64,000 nt of DNA from Octopus sinensis (lineage: Eukaryota), in the NCBI RefSeq assembly GCF_006345805.1, contig NC_042998.1, forward strand, positions 197,842,001 to 197,906,000, given 5' to 3'. Shown one piece after another: positions 35,565 to 48,068 of the stretch. How positions within the stretch are numbered: position 1 is the first letter of the stretch; each line of letters starts with the position of its first letter. The translations under genes were made by a program, and so were the position numbers. The notes below the pieces were generated by a model. It did no database searches and was not told where the DNA came from. It saw only the letters and a program-made list of their open reading frames with translations.

Positions 35565-35567
<3 letters not shown>
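35095..35567 (+). mobile_element. Retrozyme-like unit: 427-bp monomer plus 46-bp terminal redundancy, within (TA)n
   Basis: Identical TATTTTCCAGTAAATATCGGTACTTCGTTGTGCCATATATTTACTT at 35095-35140 and 35522-35567; internal hammerhead; no recognisable protein. Confidence 0.7.
35304..35388 (+). ncRNA. Type I hammerhead ribozyme motif
   Basis: GGGUAUAUGUUGG-CUGAUGA-AGAU AAA UCAAG UAUAUGU GUGCAG ACAUAU CUUGA AAA AUCU-GAAA-CCGG-UC-CCACAUUAUCCC; palindromic stem III ACCGGU; GUC site C at 35376. Confidence 0.85.
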
Positions 35568-35629
<62 letters not shown>

Positions 35630-35929
35630 CATCTTAAATCATGACTGCCTTTAGAGCAAAACAGATTATCTATATGAACTTTGTAATATACAATTTTCAA
35701 AGAACACTATATTCTCCGCGCAACATGGGTAAAAATGTTTAGATATTTCCTGCTTCACAAACAACGAAGAACTCGTCCACAATGTGAAGAAAACACCGAC
35801 AATTTTCTCAGACCATAAACCTAGGAGAAATTACAAATAAGTTTTATTCAACCTATAAAAATTTGTTTAAAAGGAAACGGAAGTGGCAAGGAAGTCTCCT
35901 TATGCAAGACAGTGCCATAAAACGTTGAA

Positions 35930-36170
35930 TATTTCAACTTTTTAAAAGCCACAGATAAAGGTAAACATTGAGTGCTGCTGCATTACAAAGTGATTGATAT
36001 CGGCATTGACAGAAAACTTGCAGAAGTCGGTGCATGACTTTCCAAGAAGCAGAAGCCAGACAGTTGCAGCCAATGGCGAATCTCTCAAAGGAAGTTCCAA
36101 CGTTGAGAGGAGTCCCTCGAGGAAATGTCTTGAGACCATTGCTGTTTGCCGTGGTTCCATCAGTCACTCT
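35930..36170 (+). pseudogene. Old CR1/L2-type reverse transcriptase relic
   Basis: YFNFLKATDKGKH*VLL...GIDRKLA, RSQTVAANG, GVPRGNVLRPLLF across frameshifts. Confidence 0.6.
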
Positions 36171-37147
36171 GCCAGTTACACGGACAGTCTGGTTTTACTA
36201 ACGATACTAAATTATCAAAGACTAAGAACAGTAGTAAAGTCAGGAAAATGTAGCAAGACCAAAAGGCAATCTATAAATGGTATGAAGGAAAATGGCTTAT
36301 AAAATATTTGGTTGCACATTTGTAACTGAATATCTTGTAAATAATCTCTTCCGTTACTAAATAATTTTTAAAAGAATGTATTGTAAATACACAAACGATA
36401 TGTGTGTGTGTGTATGTGTGTGTGAAAGTTCATATATATGTGTAAATATAATTATTATAAACATGTAAAATGTAATTACGTGTATACGAAAGTTTCACGT
36501 TTTTGTATTTCATTATTGTTTTTTGTTTTTTATATTCGTGTGGCACCGTCCGTTTTGCTGTCCCTGTGTTCGTATGCATTCGATCCTTCTTCCAGGAAAT
36601 CTACGGTCCTAGCTTGGTTTTTCTAATGCTCGTTGCTTAGTTTTTCCTGGAGGGCTGGCCGGTTCTAGTAATCTCAAGATTAACCAGCCGAAATTACTAC
36701 GATGATCCGGTTCTTGACTGAAGACTGAGGGCTTCGAATGTCCTGTCTGTGTTTGTTGTATCGTCTTCTAAGTTTTTATGTGTTCTTGTCTCAGTTTGTA
36801 TTTTTCTACATATCATAATATATATATATATATATATATTTATTTATTTATAATAAGTGTAGATCGTATACGAGTGGGTATATATTTATAAAAAAGAAGT
36901 TTGAAAACGCCACTATATAAGATAAATTTTAATTTTCTTAGAAATTTTACATATTTCGGTTCTTCTTGAAAAAAAACGAACCTTATCAAAAATATTTTAA
37001 AAAGTGAAGTATAATAAAAAAAGTTCATAATTGTTTCTTACTGGTCTCCACAGAATCCACGTGGTGGTGTTTTGTGGGTAGTAAGCTTAATAGCTGTAAA
37101 TTTAAAGTTGAGTGTAATAAAAAAGTTCATAGTTGTTTCTTACTGGA

Positions 37148-37499
37148 TGGAAGCACTCCGTCGGTTACGACGACGAGGGTTCCGGTTGATCCGAATCAAC
37201 GGAACAGCCTGCTCGTGAAATTAACGTGTAAGTGGCTGAGCACTCCACAGACACGTGTACCCTTAACGTAGTTCTCGGGGGATATTCAGCGTGGCACAGG
37301 GAGTGACAAGGCCGGCCCCTTGAAATACAGGTACAACAGAAACAGGAAGTAAGAGTGAGAGAAAGTTGTGGTGAAAGAGTACAGCAGGGTTCACCAGCAT
37401 CCCCTGCCGGAGCCTCGTGGAGCTTTAGGTGTTTTCGCTCAATAAACACTCACAACGCCCGGTTTGGGAATCGAAACCGCGATCCTACGACCGCGAGTC
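37148..37499 (-). mobile_element. SINE family A lacking about 35 bp at the 5' end
   Basis: Match ends at CCGCGAGTC. Confidence 0.9.
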
Positions 37500-37667
37500 A
37501 TTTATACATATACATGTATTAATGTTTGTCTTATGTATAGTTATAAATAGAAACAATCAAGCTTAAGTTCAAGGCCTACTCAATGATGAAGTCTTCAGAG
37601 CTAAAACCAAGAAGTGTCAACTATATACATATAGGCTCAAGACTTTTTATACATCCCTCGTATATAA

Positions 37668-37698
<31 letters not shown>

Positions 37699-37716
37699 AC
37701 ATACATACATACATAC

Positions 37717-37807
<91 letters not shown>

Positions 37808-38145
37808 TATTTATATATATATGATATAAATAAGTACATATACAACATATATATATATATATGTAACATTTGTATGCGTATGTGTGTGCGTAAGTGCACG
37901 CACGCGTGTTTGGGTGTGTGAACTAGCATTTGTGTATGTCCACGCGAGTGTGTGAGTCTATGCTTGTTGCGTGTGTGTGTGTGTGTGCATGTTGTATGCA
38001 TGCGTGTGCTTGCATACACGATACTCCCAGATACATTATTGAAAAGAGAGAGAAACACATATTTTCGCCCCGTACAATGCATATGAAAATCGATATATAC
38101 ATTTCAACTTAAAAAATGAATGCATTCAAGTATTTTTCTGTGCAA

Positions 38146-38405
38146 GTATGTATGTATGTAAGTATGTATGTATGCATGTATGTAAGTATGTATGTATGTA
38201 TGTATATATGTATGTATGTATGTTGTATGTATGTATGTATGTATGTATGTTGTATGTATGTATGTATTATGTATGTATGTATGTATGTATGTATATGTAT
38301 GTATGTATGTGTATGTATGTATGTATGTATGTATGTATGCATTTATGTATGTATGTATGCATGCATGTATGTATGTATGTTATGTATGTATGTAGTATGT
38401 ATGTA

Positions 38406-38437
<32 letters not shown>

Positions 38438-38500
38438 TGTGTATGTATGTATGTTATGTATGTATGTATGTATGTATGTATGTATGTATGTGTGTATGTA
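38146..38500. repeat. (TATG)n compound microsatellite
   Basis: Direct reading. Confidence 0.95.
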
Positions 38501-38563
38501 TTATGTATGTAATATTTCCTCATTATTCTTCGAATTTTTCTCCTTCAAGGATCTGGAGTCTCG

Positions 38564-38638
<75 letters not shown>

Positions 38639-39367
38639 ACGTATGTAAGAATCCATGTTATGTATACATATATAGGTGTGTGTATGTGTGTACACACACG
38701 TAGATATGTATATACGTATGCATAGATACATGCACACACATGTTTATATATATATATATACATATACGTACACATATATATATATACACACACACATATA
38801 TACATACACATATACATACATACATACACACGTGCATACAAATTGGGAGAAATGTTAAATATCTATTATTTTTCTACCAAAGCACTTTATCTCAGTCATG
38901 GACGACATTTTAGCTATGAGTTTCTTTCCAACAATAGCAACATAAGCAGCGACATCTCTAGGAACAACAATAACAACAACAACAGCAACAACAACAACAA
39001 AAAAAGAAACAACAATAATAAACCAATTACAACAAAAAAACCCCAACTAAATAAAAATATAACTCAGCTATAAATGTAAATTATAATGAAACTAAAGCTG
39101 AACTGCCTTTCTTTAGAATCAATCACCATTTTTATTTACTTACTTTATAACAGTGATATAATTCTATTTTTAAAAAATTGTTTGTTTGCCTTTGTGTATT
39201 TCGTTTTATTCATTTTGTACTTTAATAATATCAAAGTGTAAACCAACCCATTTCGTCCTCGCTCTCGACTCCCTGAAATGGCATTGCGTTTAAATGTGTC
39301 TGGCTACGTATAACATATGAATCTCAAACTGGACTACACCCAAAACAACATATATATTATATGTATA

Positions 39368-39769
39368 CTAGCAGTATCGCCCGGCGTTGCTCGGGTTTAT
39401 AAGGGAAATAACTATATAAGCATTTTTAGAGATGTAAAGTATAATAGCCATCTCAATATGGCTAACCACAAAGGGGGGGGGGTGTTACTGTAGCTTTTTA
39501 CGTTCTGAGATTTAATAATACATTTTTAGAGAGTTACTTCCCTTATATAATAGCAAAAAAATGCATTAAAAATGGGGAAAAATTATGGTAATTTTTTTTT
39601 AAATCGTAGACTCATCGTAAGTAGACGCGCGCTAATACCCAGAAGGGCTCGATATGAATCACGACTATAAGATACCTGCTTTTGGTTACACTGCACCGCA
39701 AAATGTGGGAGTAGTTAGGAATCTAAATCGTAGGAGACAGACACACAACTTCACTTTTATATATAAAGA
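39368..39769 (-). mobile_element. Non-autonomous Helitron F
   Basis: A|TC and CTAG|T termini with 3' hairpin. Confidence 0.9.
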
Positions 39770-40213
39770 TACGTACGAACGCACGAATGTCGGTACTTGC
39801 GAATGTAAGTACATACGTACGTACCTATGTACCTATTTATATATGTATATTTATATCTATGAATGTATGTATATGTGCTTTTACATTCCAGGTTCCTCCC
39901 CAATATGGTTCTAAGACATTCTGGGGGAAAGACTTTTGCAGTATTTCTAGTAAGCCCTTACACACTGCAATATACTGCTTGTGTCTGTCGTGCAAACGTG
40001 CGATTAAAGGCTCTACGTTCTGGTAATAATTTACGGTAACGAAGTTTCTCATTTACTGTTCCTAGTTCGTGTTTAAGGTCAAATAGCTTACCCCTTATTG
40101 TGTCTTGTCCATTGCTCCCGTAGGGCTTAGATAATCTATCGAAGCCGCAGCTGGTAGCGCGAATTTATTATTATTGTCTGAATACTTTTTATGAATCTGT
40201 CAGTATTTGTCTG

Positions 40214-40245
<32 letters not shown>

Positions 40246-40642
40246 AAGAGAGAGAGAGAGAGGGAGGGGGAGAGGGAGAGTGTGCGGGGGAAAATAAATC
40301 ATCCATTTTGATAGTATTCTCTCGGTAGGATCCATTTCTGTTGGTCCCATATGCTGGCGAACGGTGACCGCAACACTATAGGGAACGACTTACAATATCC
40401 CCAAATGTTTGGGGTTTTGATCTATCGATCGTGAATAACATCAAATCAAGGGGTTTGGATCGATTCATTTCCAGAATTGCTCTTTTAAGTAATTGTTTAT
40501 TAATGGTAATGGCGAAATTTTTATAGCATTTTGCTTTAAGCTGTAATTTGTGCTGCTTATATCTTCATTCATTTCTGTTTGTTTATAACCAGCTATCTCT
40601 CCTCAGAGTAGTAGCAGCATAATCGTCTCAGTGTTATTGGCG

Positions 40643-40927
40643 CAAGGAGCTGTTCTTCACTCCTGCTCCAGAGCGTCGGCTGCGGGGTCATTCCGAAAAG
40701 CTCTATCTGAGACGATTTCATCTCAGTCGAAGGAGAGGGGCTTTCTCCGTCCGGGTTGCGGATCCGTGGAATAAGCTGTCGGACGAGATGGTGAAGATGC
40801 CGACGACCGCTCGGTTCAAAGTCTCTCTTGACCAGAAATGGCCTGAACTCTTTGCATGAACACCACCCTGTACATCACTCCATGTCCCCCTACATGGCCT
40901 TGCTTTTTGCTTTTTGAGCCAAAAAAT

Positions 40928-40957
<30 letters not shown>
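40643..40957 (+). mobile_element. 5'-truncated CR1 3' end, same family as 21503-25722
   Basis: High identity to 25415-25722 including CCATGTCCCCCTACATGG and (CTAA)n tail. Confidence 0.92.
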
Positions 40958-40958
<1 letters not shown>

Positions 40959-41389
40959 TGTTGTTACCTTGACTGTGGTTTTTTTACAGCTTCCTAAACG
41001 AAGAATCTCCTGGTCTTTTCTGACTTTTATTTAGGGTGTGAATTATTTTCATGCTCAGTAAGAAAAACAGCAGTCTTTTTTTATTTATCGACGATTGCTT
41101 GGTGTCGTAACTCCTTAATACTAAAATACAAACAGTTAAGATATTTTAGATCTCACTGAGTCACCATCGTTTACATGTGGCAAATCACAGGAACTTCACC
41201 AGCCCTTTTGTATAATCGATACAGTTCTTGATTCATAGATCCACTGAAATTCCTCTCGATAGATCCACAATCTGCGACAGCTGATCCCATATGCCTGTCC
41301 AGTCGTAGAGTATGTAGTACTATTTCCACGTGTTGCGATTCAGTTAATTTCACATATTGTTTATTGCTACACTTTTTTTTATAATACAA

Positions 41390-41787
41390 CTAGCAGTATC
41401 GCCCGGCGTTGCTCGGGTTTGTAAGGGAAATAACTATATAAGCATTTTTAGAGGTGTAAAGTATAATAGCCATCTCAATATGGCTAACCACAAAGGGGGG
41501 GGGTGTTACTGTAGCATTTTACGTTCTGAGATTTAATAATAAATTTTTAGACAGTTACTTCCCTTATATATGCTGAAAATGCATTAAAAATGAGAACAAT
41601 TGATGGTAAATTTTTTTTTAAATCGTAGACTCATCGTAGACGCGCGCTAATACCCAGAAGGGCTCGATATGAATCACGACTATAAGATACCCGGTTTTGG
41701 TTAAACTGCACCGCAAAATGTGGGAGTAGTTAGGAATCTAAATCGTAGGAGACAGACAGCACACAACCTCTCTTTTATATATAAAGA
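41390..41787 (-). mobile_element. Non-autonomous Helitron F
   Basis: Termini as for other copies. Confidence 0.9.
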
Positions 41788-41946
41788 TATATTAAGCATT
41801 TACTCGAAGAAGATTACCAAGTTTTTCATCAGGCTTGTATAGATAGCAAACGTTTTAGAGGATAGCATACATTACACGAAAGATGAATAGTTCTCATATA
41901 CTGACCCGATTCACTTGCACGACACATTGCATACGACGCCGAAGTC

Positions 41947-41948
<2 letters not shown>

Positions 41949-41977
<29 letters not shown>

Positions 41978-42270
41978 TGTATGTATGTATGTATGTATGT
42001 ATGTATGTATGTATGTATGTATGTATGTATGCATGCATGTATGTATGCATGCATGAATGTATGTATGTATGTATGAATGTATGTATGTATGTATTATGCA
42101 TGTATGTATGCATGCATGAATGTATGTATGTATGTATGTATGTATGCATGCATGCATGTATGTATGTATGTATGTATTTATGTGTGTATGTATGTACGTT
42201 TTTATGTATGTATGTATGTATGCATGCATGTATGCATGTATTTATGTATGTATGTATGTATGTATGCATG
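41949..42270. repeat. (TATG)n microsatellite
   Basis: Direct reading. Confidence 0.95.
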
Positions 42271-42271
42271 A

Positions 42272-43219
42272 ATTAGGAAAGCATATGATGCTTTGGGAAA
42301 GCTAGAAAGGCGCCTCTAGAGTCGACGAAACATATGCAGGAAGACAAAGATAAAGGTGTACAAGGCATGTGTGCTCTATTCTCTTCTCTATGCCTGCGAG
42401 ACGTGGGTCACATATCGATACCACCTTAAACAACTGGAACGTTTCCACCAGATGTGTCTCAGACGGATCTATGGCATTAAGTGGGAGGACCGCATCAGTG
42501 ATCTTGAAATATTGGAAAGCTCTTGGTGTGAAAGTACAGAAGCTCTTATGTTAAGGCAAAGGCTCGGATGCAGTGGTCATCTTGTCAGGATGAAGGATTC
42601 AAGGATGCCAAAACAACTCTTTTATGGAGAGTTAGCTAAAGGAGAACAACCGCCACATTACCCCAAAAAGAGGTATAAGGACTTGCTGAAGGCTTCCTTA
42701 AGAGATGCTTGCACCTCTCCTGACACATGGGAGGGCATAGCTATTGATCGTAGCGGGTGGAGAAAGATTGTGCGATAGAGGACAACTACTTTTGCGCATG
42801 AGAAAGTAAGGAGGGATGTCAGGAAGGGCGTCGTTGTTGCACTTCTAGATGGGAAGGGTCTTCCTATGATGCTGACATGCAGTGTTTGTGCAAGACCCTG
42901 TTTCAGTAAAGCTGGGCTCAAGAGTCATATTCGTAGTCATAAAGCGAGACAGATGATTAAAAACCTGGCCACTGGTGGTGGTGTAACACACCATACTAAT
43001 CATATCTCTCAGGTATGTAGAAAGGAGTGTAATTCGGCGGGAGAACTTAAACGACATGCAAAGGTACATGAAACCCAGTTACAACTACAGCTGGCTATTG
43101 CCAGGAAAGATATTAGCTGCCAGTTCTGTACAAGACATTGTAGATCTTTAGCTGGGCTAAAAAGTCACATTCGATCACAGCACCAATAACAGCTAAGCCT
43201 CGTGCAATGGCCATACTCG
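42272..43219 (+). mobile_element. RTE-clade LINE 3' fragment with C-terminal C2H2-type fingers
   Basis: VYKACVLYSLLYACETW...LERFHQMCLRRI..IKWEDRISD.EIL, GHLVRM.DSRMPKQLFYGEL, PKKRYKD; then CSVCARPCFSKAGLKSHIRSH and two more finger-like repeats; 3' end GATAGCGAGGGGCAGCCATCAT. Confidence 0.88.
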
Positions 43220-43351
43220 ATAGCGAGGGGCAGCCATCATGTATGTATGTATGTATGTATGTATGTATGTATGTATGTATGTATGTATGTATGTATGTAT
43301 ATGTATGTATGTATGCATGCATGCATGTATGCATGTATGCATGTATGCATA

Positions 43352-43648
43352 CATCATCGTCACCGTGACCGACCAGTCTATCAGATGTTGCTACACATCG
43401 CTGGTCACAATGCGCTTCGCATTGTTTTAGCCTTCAAATGACGCCACCCCGCTGGCTAAGAAGATAGAATGAGAGAAAGTAGTGGCGAAAGAGTACAACA
43501 GGGATCGCCGCCACCTCCTGCCCGAGCCACGTGGAGCTTTTAGGTGTTTTCGCTCAATAAACACTCACAACGCTCGCTCTGGGAATCGAAACCGCGATCC
43601 TACGACCGCGAGTACGCTGCCCTAACCACTGGGCCATTGCGCCTCCAC
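43352..43648 (-). mobile_element. SINE family A variant with a third 3' half (A3)
   Basis: Family A head and first ~180 bp, then tail reading on plus CATCGTCACCGTGACCGACCAGTC...GCCACCCCGCTGGCTAAG. Confidence 0.75.
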
Positions 43649-43794
43649 GTATGCATACATGTGTATGTATATATACGTATATTTATGCATATCTATGTAC
43701 CGTCGAAATTTAATGTGAAGATGCATTGCAGAAAAGAATGAAAAGCAAAATTATTTGATTGATTATCAATATGGTCATTCGTTATATATATATA

Positions 43795-44189
43795 CTAGCA
43801 GTATCGCCCGGCGTTGCTCGGGTTTGTAAGGGAAATAACTACATAAGCATTTTTAGAGATGTAAAGTATAATAGCCATCTCAATATGGCTAACCACAAGG
43901 GGGGGGGTATTACTGTAGCTTTTTACGTTCTGAGATTTAATAATAAATTTTTAGAGAGTTACTTCCCTTATATATGCCGAAAATGCATTAAAAATGGGAA
44001 AAATTAATGGTATTTTTTTTTAAATCGTAGACTCATCGTAGACGCGCGCTAATACCCAGAAGGGCTCGATATGAATCACGACTATAAGATACCCGCTTTT
44101 GGTTAAACTGCACCGCAAAATGTGGAAGTAGTTAGGAATCTAAATCGTAGGAGACAGACAGCACACAACCTCACTTTTATATATAAAGA
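43795..44189 (-). mobile_element. Non-autonomous Helitron F
   Basis: Complete; its 5' TC is fused directly to the CTAG of the next element. Confidence 0.9.
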
Positions 44190-44571
44190 CTAGCAGTATC
44201 GCCCGGCGTTGCTCAGGTTTGTAAGGGAAATAACTATAAAGCATTTTTAGAGAGTTATAGCCAAAAAATAGCAAAAAAATGGAAAAAAATGATGGTAAAT
44301 TTTTTTTGAGATTTAAAAAAGGTGGAGTTGCGTCCCCTAGACAGTTTGTGGTTCGTGTTTCTGATTCTCGACCCCATGTCGAATTTATCGATTTTTTTCA
44401 GAACTGGGGGAACTTTTCAAAATTTTCGCTGGGTTAGTTTTGAATTATGACATTGGGCTATGTGTGTGTCAAGTTTCATCAGAATCGGTTGAATGCCGTG
44501 GTCAGAGTGAGGGTACAAGCAAACAGACACACAGAAACACGCACAGACAAACTGCCGTTTATATAGAGAGA
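44190..44571 (-). mobile_element. Non-autonomous Helitron family G (F-like 3' end, different 5' body)
   Basis: Minus A|TCTCTCTATATAAACGGCAG...GATTCTGATGAAACTTG...GCGATACTGCTAG. Confidence 0.85.
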
Positions 44572-45233
44572 TATCAATCATTGTGCTGTTAGAATGTAAA
44601 TAATGATTATAATGCAAATCGCTGCAATATATAAGATATATACAAATTCGTTGAGTTGTTTGTATATGCACAGCCTGCGTATAGACTGTCTGTAGATGCT
44701 GTAAAATATTTGTTCCTTCGTTGATTGCGTAGGTTAGTAGTTCAGTTTCATTTCTGTGACAGACTAAAAAAAGTAAAAACAGAATGAAATAGTAAGACTT
44801 CTTGATTCGCTCATGACAAACCATGCTTGAAGTGAGAAAGATAGCTGTTGCATAGAAGCCTTGCTCTTGATATACACCAAATTTTAAAAAAGAGTGAACG
44901 CTTGCAACTGAGTCTGATGCCGAATGACTGAAATATATTGACTGGTTTCTTGCGTATTTATAACTTTGCTAATTTAATTACGTTAACCGAAAACAATAGA
45001 ATTCTTCGCCATATCAGGTCCAACTGGTGAAGTTTTCAAAAAAAAAAGGTCTGAGAGGTCAATCCATTCTAATTAATCTCTCAGTGTAGAAAGGCTAAAA
45101 CAATGGGCCGAGAACTTGTTTGACAAAATGGAAAAATGTGGATTAGCTTTCGAATCTTAGCTTAAGTATTCTGTAGCTGTTCGTCACATACACACACACG
45201 TTTAGATGTGTATAAGTATATGAATATATATTC

Positions 45234-45268
<35 letters not shown>

Positions 45269-45269
<1 letters not shown>

Positions 45270-45931
45270 ATTAATCCAAACAAGAAAGCTCAAAAAAACA
45301 CAACAACGGGAGGACGTGGAACAAATATAGTATTATTGGACGATCAGGAAAGAAGGAAAGAAAGAGGGTTTAACGTTTCGAGCGGAGCTCTTCGTCGGAA
45401 ACATAGGAGAAGGAAAGATCCAGAGAAGGGAAGACAGAGGGAAAAACATCGCCAACGGTACACACGAGGTCACGTTTTGAAATATATATATATATATATA
45501 TTTATAAATAAGGATAAGATTGTTAATCTAAAAATAAAATAAGGATTTTATCAAGTGGTCAGCATGGAAAAAATAACCTTCAAAGGTAATAATTATTAAA
45601 ATTATAAATTAGGGTATCTACGAGATACCACCATGCTGAAAATAGCAGCCATGATCTGACTCTAAAATCACCTAAATTGTCCACATATCAACACGGAGAG
45701 AAAACAAAGAGACATGATGAAACTAGTAAAAAATTACTGGATAATTCTAGATCCTGGATCAAAGCCAGAAATCCGGGATCTAGAATTATCCAGTAATTTT
45801 TTACTAGTTTCATCTTTTCTCTTTGTTTTCTCTCCGTGTTGATATATAGACAATTAAGGTGGTTTTAGAGTCAGATCATGGTTGCTATTTTCAGCATGGT
45901 GGTATCTCGTAGATACCCTAATTTATAATTT

Positions 45932-45987
<56 letters not shown>

Positions 45988-46179
45988 ACCTCGTGTGTAC
46001 CGCTGGCGATTTTTTTCATCTGTCTTCCCTTCTCTGGATCTTTCCTTCTCCTATGTTTCCGACGAAGAGCTCTGCTCGAAACGTTAAACCGTCCTTCTTT
46101 TCTGAGCGTCCAATAATACTATATTTGTTCCACGTCCTCGCGTTGTTGTGTTTTTTTGTGCTTTCTTGTTTAGATTAAC
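45269..46179. mobile_element. Nested inverted-repeat structure: hammerhead-like module / 164-bp-arm hairpin / inverted module
   Basis: Outer arms 45269-45473 and 45985-46179; inner arms 45596-45759 and 45771-45934; (TA)n spacers. Confidence 0.8.
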
Positions 46180-47822
46180 AATATATATATATATATATAA
46201 ATATATGCTTATTGAAATTTATATATTACGTAGCATACATGCTACACATGCCCCGTAGTTATTTAGTGAAATGTTTGTATTGATAAAGAAAAATGAGAGC
46301 GAAGGAAAGGAAAAAAATACCTCTAATACCAACATTATTCAATAATGCCAATGAGGATAAGTGGATTATGCCGAATGTTTGCGTAAGAGCTGCAACGGAG
46401 AACATAACGCGTTTAAAGATAACGACATACAATCAATGAACTGGTAGAGCTACATAAAGAACCAGTGTGTATAGTATTTACAAAACTACGGTTAATGACG
46501 AATGTATGACAGTTTATGTACATGATACATTCTCCCCAAAATTTGTAATGCATAAAGTTTTTATAGAATCCAACTGTTTGAAAGTGGACAAAACTTTTCA
46601 TAATAATAGTTCAAACATGTTCTTCATAGAATAGTTAACAATTAGTTATTGCAGTAAATAAAAATGACGTTTACATTTTTATGGGTCCGTGTGAACATAC
46701 GCGAAGGACAAACGTGTAAGTGTAATCGTATGTTAGTAGAAGTATTGACATGTATGGAAGCACTTTGTTATCAGCATGCAGTTGAAAGAATGTATGTAAA
46801 TTACTTTTGAGAGTTCGAAATTTTATGAGTCGTGGTTTGCTGTCGCGTTCCTTGCGACGGTAATAAGATTTACATGAAACAAAAATTCTTATTGGTTCGA
46901 TACAACTCATGAGAAACTGAAAATTGAACAATAAATTTAATTCCATTCACGAAAATACATAAATGAAAATTTTTTACGGAATTTACAAAGCGACGTAGGG
47001 TAACAGCTGAGTTGCATGCACACGCCTTCGAGTTAAAACTAAAGATTGCTAAAATGGCTAGGCTATTGCTAAAATTTCTAAATAATATTTTAACTTTTTC
47101 ATTTTTATGATATAATTACAATAATTAATCCAGATGACGTAATTAAGCTAATTGCAAATTAGCGATGTCGTTGATAATTTTTTTCCTTACCTCAATGATG
47201 TCGGTGACATATATTACAAGTACCCTTATAGAACTATATTTATAAAAAAGTATATAGAACTATATTATCACCCTCAAATAAACACTCATAACATTATTCT
47301 TTTCAAACTTCATTGCATGAGATAGATACCTTGAAATTCATCGATTATCATTTAAGCTTAATTAAAATATAATTTGTTTTTAAAATAAAAAAGCTAATTA
47401 TCCTTAAAATCCAATTTTTTGCCTTATATTTTTTCATGATAGTTTACCTCACAACTGTTTTGATACAAATTTTTGCTGCACGGGATCAAAACTATGAAAT
47501 TCCTCATGCTTTCTTCTGTCATTGACGCTAAGATAAATATATTTTGGTTCTAAAATAAGAAAAGAAGTTATTTAGATCTAAACTTGATTGGAAGCGTTAC
47601 TTTATCTCCTATAACGTTGCTACAAATGTTGATGTAAACTTTTTTCTACTGGACCAGATCTCAATTTTTTATACCAAAATGTAGCTAGGGACCAGTCCTC
47701 TTCAAAAGTGTTAACAGTTTTCAATTTGGTTAAGAACTGAATTAGTGACAAAGCTCTTAAGATGCTGCGCGTGAGTAAATTGCGGCCATAAGAGTGTTAT
47801 TCAACTACTACCGTAGTTATAT

Positions 47823-47866
<44 letters not shown>

Positions 47867-47884
47867 ATCAGTCGCCATGATAGA

Positions 47885-48068
47885 TCGTAGCCACTACACA
47901 CATTTTTCTCTCCTTATTTCCCTCCTTGTTTTTTTCTGTGTCCCTTTCTGTAGAAGAGCGTAGGCTCGAAACGTAAAAGACTTTTTCAATTCCTGAGTGT
48001 TATACTAATACATCTGTTTGTTTTGTACACCTCTTGTCTTCGTCTTTTGTTTTTTCGTGAACTCTCCC
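47885..48068 (+). mobile_element. Repeat module with degenerate hammerhead-like core
   Basis: GTAGCCACTACACACATT...CTGTAGAAGAGCGTAGGCTCGAAACG...AAACTCTCCC then (TA)n. Confidence 0.75.

Noticed and set aside
36640-36700. GGCTGG...CCAGCC-GAAA hairpin
   Set aside because: No CUGANGA box and no stem III/UH; too degenerate to call
38109-38858. MYVC/HTYI-repeat ORFs (also at 10.2, 41.8, 50.2-51.7 and 59.4 kb)
   Set aside because: Stop-free (TATG)n, (TA)n and (CA)n microsatellites, not genes
39880-40640. Possible inverted LINE fragment before the CR1 3' end
   Set aside because: Only faint protein-like stretches; no diagnostic motif
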